Positions 56,415 to 63,196 of a stretch of DNA of 63,196 nucleotides are shown one piece after another. The stretch is taken from assembly GCA_900547975.1 (NCBI GenBank), contig URIX01000005.1, positions 1 through 63,196 on the forward strand, read 5' to 3'. A program made the translations under genes and the position numbers. This stretch comes from an uncultured Eubacteriales bacterium. Its GTDB lineage: Bacteria; Bacillota; Clostridia; Christensenellales; CAG-917. The notes under the pieces are model-generated. The model made no database searches. It was not told the origin of the DNA and saw nothing but the letters and a program-made list of their open reading frames with translations. The stretch's first letter is position 1. Each line of letters opens with the position of its first letter.

Positions 56415-58178
56415 ATGGAAAATAAAAAGGTTTTGTTATCCGTCAAAGATCTCGAAGTCAAATTCCGCGTCAGAGGCAGAATCCTCACCGCAATCCGCGG
56501 GATCTCGCTCGATATCTATGAAAACGAATCCATTGCAATCGTCGGTGAATCCGGCTCGGGCAAATCCGTCTTTACAAAGACTTTTGCCGGTATGCTCGAC
56601 TCAAACGGCTTCATTTCGCAAGGCGAACTCATCTTCAACGACGACGAGCTTGCGGATACCGTTGCAACTCCGACAAAATTCGACAAATTTCTTCTCGACG
56701 TCGTTTTGAAGCGGCTCAATAAAGCCTCAAAACTCGAACTCGGTGCGGATATCTATCAAAAAATCCTCGCGCTCAAGGCGGAAAAGAAGGAAAAATACAC
56801 ACTCAGCGAGCAAGAGCATGAGAAAATGCAGGACGAGATCGACGATCTCAAGTTCAGACGCACCGAGGCGTACAACCTCAAACTCACGCTCAATACGCGC
56901 AAGGAAAGAGACAAAGTTAAAGAAACAAACGCGATTATATCCGATTGCGACAAACACATCAAAGCACTCGAAAAGAAAATCGCTCAGACCGTGCGCGCTC
57001 ACAAACAAGCAGCAAAAGCCGACCTCGAATTTGCAAAGTATTATGCCGAGAATATGGCAAAGCTCAAAGAGGAATATAAACTCGCTTTGCAAGGCGAAAT
57101 CACCGAGGATACCGTGCATCGCAACGAGATTTTAGGCAAGGAAATTTATCTTTCCGTCGGAAGATACGGCGCACTCGAAAGATTTAAGCTTATTGTCAAA
57201 CTCATTCTCGCACTGCGTAAGGCTATGCGTCTTGGCGTCGACCTCACAAACGACGAGCAACGCAATCAGATTTTCGATCCGATTGCGTTCAGAGTCAAGT
57301 TCCTCGACGGCACCACCGAAACGCAACTCCACGGCGTGTGCGTGCTGAACCTCGCAAAAATCAAGTACACAAAGGACTGGCAAAAGATCCGCGGTACGCG
57401 CATCGCAACCGTCTTCCAGGATCCGATGACGTCGCTCAACCCGATCATAACAATCGGCAAGCAAATCTCCTCAATCATCATCAAGCACCAACACTGCTCG
57501 GAGGCAGAGGCGAGAAGAAAAGCCGTCGAACTTATGAAGAAGGTGGGCATTCCCAATGCGGAAAACCGCTATGACGACTATCCATTCCAATATTCGGGCG
57601 GCATGCGTCAGCGTATCGTCATCGCAATCGCGCTTTCGTGTCAACCGAAGATTCTCATCTGCGATGAGCCTACAACTGCTCTTGACGTCACCATTCAGGC
57701 ACAAATCCTCAAACTCATCAAGGATTTGCAAAAAGAGTTCGATTATACCATCGTGTTCATCACTCACGACCTCGGCGTTGTCGCAAACATTGCGGACAGA
57801 GTCGCCGTGCTTTATGCGGGGCAAATCGTCGAACTGGGAACGGTAGACGAGGTGTTTTACGATCCTCGCCACCCGTATACGTGGGCGTTGTTGTCCTCAC
57901 TTCCGCAACTTGCAGAGAAAAACACCGAGCTTTATTCGATCTCCGGTACGCCGCCGTCGCTTTACAACAAGATCATCGGCGATCCGTTTGCACCGAGAAA
58001 TCCATATTGTCTGAAGGTGGATACGCTCAAAGAAGCACCTATGTTCCAAGTGAGCGAAACCCATTTCGCAAAAACATGGCTTCTCGACCCCAGAGCACCA
58101 AAAATCGAAAAACCCGAGATCATCAAAGATATTCACGGCAGATTGCTCAAAGCATTCAATATCGAGGAGGTGGAATGA
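56415..58178 (+). CDS. oppD: Oligopeptide ABC transporter ATP-binding protein (OppD-type) with a ~245-aa charged coiled-coil insertion
   Basis: Walker [19 protein letters not shown], signature YSGGMRQR, Walker [12 protein letters not shown], and the oligopeptide C-terminal domain. The insertion spans 56650-57385. Confidence 0.9.
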   Translation: MENKKVLLSVKDLEVKFRVRGRILTAIRGISLDIYENESIAIVGESGSGKSVFTKTFAGMLDSNGFISQGELIFNDDELADTVATPTKFDKFLLDVVLKRLNKASKLELGADIYQKILALKAEKKEKYTLSEQEHEKMQDEIDDLKFRRTEAYNLKLTLNTRKERDKVKETNAIISDCDKHIKALEKKIAQTVRAHKQAAKADLEFAKYYAENMAKLKEEYKLALQGEITEDTVHRNEILGKEIYLSVGRYGALERFKLIVKLILALRKAMRLGVDLTNDEQRNQIFDPIAFRVKFLDGTTETQLHGVCVLNLAKIKYTKDWQKIRGTRIATVFQDPMTSLNPIITIGKQISSIIIKHQHCSEAEARRKAVELMKKVGIPNAENRYDDYPFQYSGGMRQRIVIAIALSCQPKILICDEPTTALDVTIQAQILKLIKDLQKEFDYTIVFITHDLGVVANIADRVAVLYAGQIVELGTVDEVFYDPRHPYTWALLSSLPQLAEKNTELYSISGTPPSLYNKIIGDPFAPRNPYCLKVDTLKEAPMFQVSETHFAKTWLLDPRAPKIEKPEIIKDIHGRLLKAFNIEEVE

Positions 58179-59794
58179 TGAACAAAGACAAAATAATCGA
58201 CGATATCCAAACCTCCGCATTGGATAACTCCACGCCCGTCGAACAAGAACTCGCAGTGGAGCAGCAAGAGCATATCGAAAATACCGCCACTCGGCAAGAA
58301 CCCGTTTGCGAACAAAGCGCGCCTTCTTTCGGGGATTCCTCCGATGAAGAAACTTCTGTTGCCGACAATTCGGTTGAAAGCGACGAGAAGCCTTCAAAAA
58401 AATCCGCAGGGAAGGTTATAAGCGACTGGTTTAAGGGCGTAGGCGGAAAAATTCAAAGACACTTCAAACGTGTTGGCGACAGCTGGAAAACGCGAATCGA
58501 TCAATACAAAAATCGAGTATATACTCTCCCGGAACAAGGTCCACTCGACGAAAACGGCAGAGAAATTCTGTTGTCCGTCAAGAACGTCGACATCACGTTC
58601 GGCAAGGGCGACAAGGCTGTCAAGGCGGTAAAAAACGCGTCTTTCGACATCTATAAGGGCGAAACATTCTCTCTTGTCGGCGAGTCCGGCTCGGGGAAAA
58701 CCACTATTGGTCGTGCAGTCATCAGAGTAAATCCGTGCGCAAAAGGCGAGATTCAGTACAAAGGCGTGCGCATTTCGGGCAATATTCCGCATAAACTCGA
58801 CAGACAGGTCATAAGAAACATCCAAATGGTGTTTCAGGATCCTGCCGCATCTCTCAACGAGCGCGCGACTGTCGATTATATCGTGTCCGAAGGTCTTTAC
58901 AACTTCCACCTCTTCAAAGACGAAGCGGACAGAGTTGCAAAAGTCGAGCAAATGATCAAAGAAGTCGGTTTGCTTCCCGAACACCTTACGCGTTATCCTC
59001 ACGAGTTTTCGGGCGGACAACGCCAACGTATCGGTCTTGCAAGAGCGATGATTATGGAACCGTCCCTTGTCGTCGCAGACGAGCCTATTTCGGCTTTGGA
59101 CGTGTCAATCCGTGCGCAAGTGCTCAATCTTCTCAATAAGTTCCAAAGAGAGAGAGGCACAACATATCTGTTCATCGCTCACGATTTGTCGATTGTCCGC
59201 TTTATTTCGGATAGAATCGGCGTCATCTATAAGGGCGAGATTGTGGAGATTGCGGACGCGGAAGAACTGTTTGCATATCCGCTTCATCCGTATACGAGAT
59301 CGCTTATATCGGCAATTCCTATTCCCGATCCGAAGCTTGAAAAGAAGAAAAAACTTTTCGTGTACGATCCGTCGCAACACGATTACAGCGAAGACAAGCC
59401 CGAAATGGTTTGCATCGGTCACAACCATTATATCTATGGCAACAAGAAAGAAATCGAAGAGTACAAACGTATAAGGGAAGAGGGTGTTCCGCTCAAATCT
59501 TCGTCATTCATGACCGAGCAAGAAGCTCTCGAATATGCCGAAAAAGAAGCCGAAGAACCGACTGTTTCAAACGAACCTATCCTTGAAACTCCCGTACACG
59601 ACACGGGAAGCACATGGTTTAAGGTGTTGTCGTTCTTCTTACCGATTCCCGGTATAATTGCGGCATACATCTTCAAAAAGTTCAATTATATAAAGAACTT
59701 CAAAGCATTCAAAAAAGGCTCGATTGCAGGATTTATATTCTTGGGAGCGGTAATATTATTGTTCCTGTTCTTCCTGCTTTTGACGCTCAGATAA
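58175..59794 (+). CDS. oppF: Oligopeptide ABC transporter ATP-binding protein (OppF-type) with an acidic N-terminal extension and a C-terminal two-helix membrane anchor
   Basis: ATG at 58175 overlaps the oppD stop (ATGA) behind GAGGAGG. Walker A GESGSGKT, signature FSGGQRQR, Walker [12 protein letters not shown]. The C-terminus reads [20 protein letters not shown]...[22 protein letters not shown]. Confidence 0.88.
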   Translation: MMNKDKIIDDIQTSALDNSTPVEQELAVEQQEHIENTATRQEPVCEQSAPSFGDSSDEETSVADNSVESDEKPSKKSAGKVISDWFKGVGGKIQRHFKRVGDSWKTRIDQYKNRVYTLPEQGPLDENGREILLSVKNVDITFGKGDKAVKAVKNASFDIYKGETFSLVGESGSGKTTIGRAVIRVNPCAKGEIQYKGVRISGNIPHKLDRQVIRNIQMVFQDPAASLNERATVDYIVSEGLYNFHLFKDEADRVAKVEQMIKEVGLLPEHLTRYPHEFSGGQRQRIGLARAMIMEPSLVVADEPISALDVSIRAQVLNLLNKFQRERGTTYLFIAHDLSIVRFISDRIGVIYKGEIVEIADAEELFAYPLHPYTRSLISAIPIPDPKLEKKKKLFVYDPSQHDYSEDKPEMVCIGHNHYIYGNKKEIEEYKRIREEGVPLKSSSFMTEQEALEYAEKEAEEPTVSNEPILETPVHDTGSTWFKVLSFFLPIPGIIAAYIFKKFNYIKNFKAFKKGSIAGFIFLGAVILLFLFFLLLTLR

Positions 59795-59801
59795 AAAACG
59801 T

Positions 59802-59830
59802 AAGGTTTAGCGATGAGCTAAACCTTTTTA
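59802..59830 (+). terminator. Rho-independent terminator after oppF
   Basis: AAGGTTTAGC (59802-59811), loop GATGA, GCTAAACCTT (59817-59826), then TTTT. Confidence 0.7.
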
Positions 59831-59843
59831 ATCAAAGGTGATT

Positions 59844-61097
59844 ATGAAAAGATATGCAAAGGATAAAAACCTCCTTACGCCTCCGCCTGTTGAACAGGTC
59901 GAGGTGTCAAACAAAAACGTCAAGCTGAGAGTTGTGCTTTTTGTGCTGTTTTTGGTGCTTGCGATTGTTTGTTTTGCCGTTGTTATGGTTGTTTTGTTGA
60001 GAGTCGAGGCCGGGTGGTTTGCGATAACCCCCGATACATCCTCAACAAAAAACTGCGGAGGGGAGTTCGTCTTTAATTATTATTTTGATAAAAATCAAGA
60101 CAAAAAGTATCGTCAAAGCGTGGCGTCGAAATATACCGAAGCAAGCGAATACGCATACAAAGTGCTTTATTCAACCGAACAAGTCGACGGCATAAACAAT
60201 TTGTACTATCTCAATACGCATCCAAACGAAGAAGTGAAGGTTCATTCGCTGCTGTATCGCTCGCTCAAAGCGTTTGAGGATGCGAATAACAGATTCTTGT
60301 ATTATGCGCCTATTTATGCGTACTACAAGGAAATGTTTACATGCATTCATGACAACGATGCCGAGCGTTTCGACCCGACAAAAAGCGCGGATGTCAGAGC
60401 CTATTTCGACAAAATGATTGCGTTTGCTGCCGACGATGCGCACGTCCATATTGAGTTTTCGGACGGAAATATCGTCAAACTTGTGGTGTCCGATGAGTAT
60501 AAAAATGCGTTCGGATCGCAAACTGCAACCTATCTTGACTTTTTCTGGACAAGAAACGCTTTTGCGATAGACTATATTGCAAGCACAATGGCTGACGCCG
60601 GCTACGACAAGGGCGTTATATCCAGTTATGACGGATTCACGCGCAATTTAAGCGAAGCTCACGACGAACTGCAAGCAAATGTGTTTGACAAAACCGCGGA
60701 CGGCGCAATCGTCGCAGGAAGGATGTCTTACAAACAGCCAATGTCGGTCGTTATGCTCAAAGACTATGCCGTCTCAAAGAACGAGGACGGGTATTATACA
60801 TATAAAGACGGGACGGTGCGCACGCACTTTATAAACGCTTCGACAGGCGAGAATATAAGTGCAATAAACACATATACGGCGTATTCGGTGACAAAAACAT
60901 GTTCCCAAATCGTGATAGATATCCTTCCGCTTTATCTTGCCGATTCGTTTGACGATGCAAAAGTTGCCGCTGCAAAAGCGAACGGAATACTATCCGTTTT
61001 CTGCAAAGACGGGAAAATTGTTACGAATGACGAAAATTTGACCATAAATCCGATTGAAAGAGAAAGCGGAACATATCTTGTCGAACGTATAGCGTAA
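59844..61097 (+). CDS. Membrane-anchored extracytoplasmic protein, possibly a divergent ApbE/FMN-transferase-like fold
   Basis: N-terminal TM VVLFVLFLVLAIVCFAVVMVVLL. The body loosely follows the ApbE template (LDFFWTRNAFAIDYIASTMADAGYDKGVISSYDGF; THFINASTGENI), but the usual catalytic residues look diverged. The start is ATG 59844 or GTG 59838. Confidence 0.35.
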   Translation: MKRYAKDKNLLTPPPVEQVEVSNKNVKLRVVLFVLFLVLAIVCFAVVMVVLLRVEAGWFAITPDTSSTKNCGGEFVFNYYFDKNQDKKYRQSVASKYTEASEYAYKVLYSTEQVDGINNLYYLNTHPNEEVKVHSLLYRSLKAFEDANNRFLYYAPIYAYYKEMFTCIHDNDAERFDPTKSADVRAYFDKMIAFAADDAHVHIEFSDGNIVKLVVSDEYKNAFGSQTATYLDFFWTRNAFAIDYIASTMADAGYDKGVISSYDGFTRNLSEAHDELQANVFDKTADGAIVAGRMSYKQPMSVVMLKDYAVSKNEDGYYTYKDGTVRTHFINASTGENISAINTYTAYSVTKTCSQIVIDILPLYLADSFDDAKVAAAKANGILSVFCKDGKIVTNDENLTINPIERESGTYLVERIA

Positions 61098-61126
61098 CGA
61101 AATTCGAACGTATAGCGTAACGAAAT
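61081..61126 (+). repeat. Perfect 23-nt tandem duplication spanning a stop codon
   Basis: TCGAACGTATAGCGTAACGAAAT occurs twice, at 61081-61103 and 61104-61126. The first copy contains the TAA stop (61095-61097) of the 59844-61097 CDS. Confidence 0.9.
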
Positions 61127-61145
61127 TAAAGAACAAAAACACAAG

Positions 61146-61169
61146 AAAACGCCGATGATTCGGCGTTTT
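61146..61169 (+). terminator. Rho-independent terminator
   Basis: AAAACGCCG-ATGATT-CGGCGTTTT followed by TCTGTT. Confidence 0.7.
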
Positions 61170-61335
61170 TCTGTTGAAAACACACAAACAGCGTTGCAGC
61201 TTGCCGCTCATTCGATTCTCTGCTCGTCGCGCAGTAAGATTAAAAGTTGAATGTAACCGATTATATGGACAAAAAGCGCGCAAAGTGTTACCATATACAT
61301 TGTTTTGAGGCAACCTATGCCGCAAAGGAGGAATT

Positions 61336-62100
61336 ATGGCAAAAGCAACGATAATAGCAGTTGCCGGAAAGGGTGGCGTCGGCAAAACTTCGCTTGCCGC
61401 AACCATCGTGCGTACGTTGGTTGAAAACTATCCCGACAAGCGTATTTTGGCAATAGACGCAGACCCTGCGGTAGGTCTTTCCACCGCGCTCGGCGTTGAA
61501 GTGAAATCCACCATAGACGATATAAGAAAAAGCATAATCGAAAACGTCGAGGACGGCAACGCAAAGGGCGCAATCGAACTTCTCAACGAGGCACGTTTCC
61601 GCATTTTCGACGCAATGGTGGAAAAAGACGGTTATGTGTTCATCGCGGTCGGACGTCCCGAAAGCGCGGGTTGCTATTGCAAAATCAACGCGTATCTGAA
61701 AGACGTCATCGGCATTTTGTCAGAAGATTTCGACTACGTCGTCATCGACGGCGAAGCGGGCATAGAGCAAATCAACCGCCGCGTTATGGAAAAGGTTACG
61801 CACCTGATTCTCGTCACCGACCAGTCGAAAAAGGGTAGAGACGTTTGCAAGACCATAAAGAAAGTTGCCGACGAACTCGTGATGTACGACAAGATAGGAA
61901 TCGTCGTAAACCGCGTTTCCGACGAGGTTGCCGTCCGCTCTCTCGACTACGACGGCGTGCAACTTCTTGCCACGATAGGCGACGACAAAAACCTTGCTTC
62001 GTTTGATCTCAAAGGCGAAAACGTGTTTGAACTTCCCGCCGACTCGAAAGTCGTGCTTGGCGTGAAAGAAGCACTTAAAGGACTCGAAATAATCAAATAA
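61336..62100 (+). CDS. cooC: CooC/AcsF-type P-loop ATPase (Ni-insertion accessory protein family; MinD/ParA superfamily)
   Basis: MAKATIIAVAGKGGVGKTSLAAT deviant Walker A, the CYCK motif (ESAGCYCKINAY) typical of CooC, and Walker B VVIDGEAG. SD AAAGGAGG. Confidence 0.85.
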   Translation: MAKATIIAVAGKGGVGKTSLAATIVRTLVENYPDKRILAIDADPAVGLSTALGVEVKSTIDDIRKSIIENVEDGNAKGAIELLNEARFRIFDAMVEKDGYVFIAVGRPESAGCYCKINAYLKDVIGILSEDFDYVVIDGEAGIEQINRRVMEKVTHLILVTDQSKKGRDVCKTIKKVADELVMYDKIGIVVNRVSDEVAVRSLDYDGVQLLATIGDDKNLASFDLKGENVFELPADSKVVLGVKEALKGLEIIK

Positions 62101-62154
62101 AGTGCCGTTTCGTGCAAAACGAAACGAATTGAATAAAGACAACACAGCAAGAAA

Positions 62155-62865
62155 ATGATAAGTATTTTTGACAGCGACATAAACGAATTGACGGCATACG
62201 TTGCGAAAAACGCGACCAAAGTTTACGCTTACGACGAGAGTAAAGCATTACCTGTCAGCGAGCATAGCGAACTGATTTTGACCAAGGACAGCGCATACGA
62301 ACTCGGCGGAAGCGATATGCCTTGCGCCGCCGCAACCGTCATTACCGGCAATTTGCCCATCGAAAACAAAATCGTTTTGGTCGGCAAAGAACTAAAAGAA
62401 ATCAAGAACGATTGCAATTATGCAAAAATAGTCATTCTCTCGGTCAAAGACACTGCCGAGGACGAACAGGCTATTTTCGACCTTGCCAAATCTTTGGAAT
62501 ACGCAAAGTACAAAGAGAACGTTCAAGGCTTTATGATGCGCACGTCAGTCATTAAGCAACGCGAACAAGTCAGAGTGTCAAAGACTGCCATCAAGCGCGG
62601 TTTATCTTTCGAAGCTCTCGGCGCAACCACAATCAAATCGTATTTGGCAAAAGATGTCGTCGAAGCGGTTACCGTAATTTTTGTTGCTGATGCCCGAATC
62701 GATTTCATACCGTTGCAACAGTTTTCATCTCACACTTCTCAAATTCTGTCTGCCTTCAATCACATTCTCGACAACGTACTCGTGGACTGCGCGCATTGCA
62801 ATTTGAAGGAGATTTGCGACAAAGTGGAGGGTATGAGGGAACTGCATATGCATCTGGTGCGATAA
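62155..62865 (+). CDS. Hypothetical protein (236 aa) with C-terminal Cys/His cluster, co-directional with cooC
   Basis: ORF only, with a weak RBS. The C-terminal motif is VDCAHCNLKEICDKVEG. I cannot assign a family. A CO-dehydrogenase/ACS-associated small subunit-like role is a guess from the cooC neighbourhood only. Confidence 0.45.
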   Translation: MISIFDSDINELTAYVAKNATKVYAYDESKALPVSEHSELILTKDSAYELGGSDMPCAAATVITGNLPIENKIVLVGKELKEIKNDCNYAKIVILSVKDTAEDEQAIFDLAKSLEYAKYKENVQGFMMRTSVIKQREQVRVSKTAIKRGLSFEALGATTIKSYLAKDVVEAVTVIFVADARIDFIPLQQFSSHTSQILSAFNHILDNVLVDCAHCNLKEICDKVEGMRELHMHLVR

Positions 62866-62990
62866 TTCGAGTATAATTTTGTCAGGCACGGCTTGTTCCA
62901 AAATCATGTACGCTATGTACATCGGGTTTTGTCTTAAGCCGTGCCTTTCTTGTTCTTCCTCTCAATATCGCGGTTTTGTTGTTGTACTCT
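62866..62990 (+). repeat. Gene-3'-end hairpin-plus-tail repeat, locus R3
   Basis: GGCACGGCTT (62885-62894) pairs with AAGCCGTGCC (62936-62945). The apex is ATGTAC-GCTAT-GTACAT (62906-62922). The tail is TTTCTTGTTCTTCCTCTCAATATCGCGGTTTT (62946-62977). Confidence 0.65.
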
Positions 62991-62991
62991 A

Positions 62992-63196
62992 CAAGAGTGT
63001 AGGGGAAAACCTAAAATAAAACATCACCCCTCCCCTTCGGGCTTTCCCCTATTGCTCAAACTTACGACATTTCTCTGCAAAATTGCACATCGTTCGCAAG
63101 AGGGGAAGTCGGCACTCACATAAATAGGGGCATTTCTCTACTTATGCCACTGCGCTTTGTGCGCCAGGCAGTGGCCAACGGACGGCGCAGTCGCTT
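62992..63196 (+). repeat. Structured intergenic repeat, copy D (subfamily 2; 3' part cut by the window edge)
   Basis: Starts with CAAGAGTGTAGGGG, like copy B. 63113-63196 aligns to 50668-50746 of copy C at roughly 85% (..CATTTCTCTA.TTATGCCACTGCGCTTTGTGCGCCAG...GGCGCAGTCGCTT). Confidence 0.7.

Noticed and set aside
57881-58174. N-terminal 98-codon extension of the oppF ORF in the track (637 aa)
   Set aside because: It overlaps the 3' end of oppD in another frame and has no start-site signals. The ATG at 58175 overlaps the oppD stop (ATGA) behind GAGGAGG, which is classic translational coupling.

Overview
This 63.2-kb window looks like a Firmicutes/Clostridia-type chromosome. The evidence is GGAGG-type Shine-Dalgarno sites, TTGACA-17-TATAAT promoters, a spmA/spmB pair, and the standard genetic code (both TAA and TGA used as stops). 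I saw no transposase, integrase, CRISPR array, tRNA or rRNA.

The dominant feature is one uninterrupted gene at 1900-29199 (+), which takes 27.3 kb or 43% of the window. It encodes a ~9,099-aa protein with a textbook lipoprotein signal peptide, its own consensus promoter and its own terminator.
- Read by eye, the first two thirds of the protein is not random. It is a cryptic array of about 14 very degenerate large modules. Each module has a Tyr-rich motif, then an acidic Ser/Thr/Ala linker, then a hydrophobic L/I/V motif.
- The modules are interrupted by Y/K/D/G-rich inserts that carry a recurrent G-x-R-Y-x-K motif.
- The last ~2,200 residues look like an array of Ig-like (Big_4-like) beta-sandwich modules.
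- I do not recognise the N-terminal ~6,800 residues as any named family. This is my best candidate for something undescribed.

Downstream genes, in order:
- an SPFH/zinc-ribbon pair resembling B. subtilis ydjI/ydjG
- a DUF1858 gene, then spmB and spmA
- metG, tatD, a TatD-associated radical-SAM gene, rsmA, and an EamA transporter
- tsaA/trmO, a DUF2804 gene, a carboxylesterase, and a P-type cation ATPase
- a small fatty-acyl cluster (AMP-ligase, carrier protein, acyl-ACP thioesterase) divergent from an amine-oxidase-fold flavoenzyme
- an atypical oppABCDF operon with large insertions in OppB and OppD and a membrane-anchored OppF
- an ApbE-like membrane protein, cooC, and a Cys-motif hypothetical

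The second notable signal is non-coding, and both families lie on the + strand.
- A ~340-400-nt structured element occurs four times: 1-290, 45498-45905, 50540-50910 and 62992-63196. Hairpin sequences differ between copies but pairing is kept, and the non-canonical pairs are G-U only when read on the + strand.
- A shorter gene-3'-end module occurs at three loci. It is a long hairpin with a GTAC-N5-GTAC apex followed by a conserved ~32-nt tail.
- Both window edges fall inside copies of the larger element.
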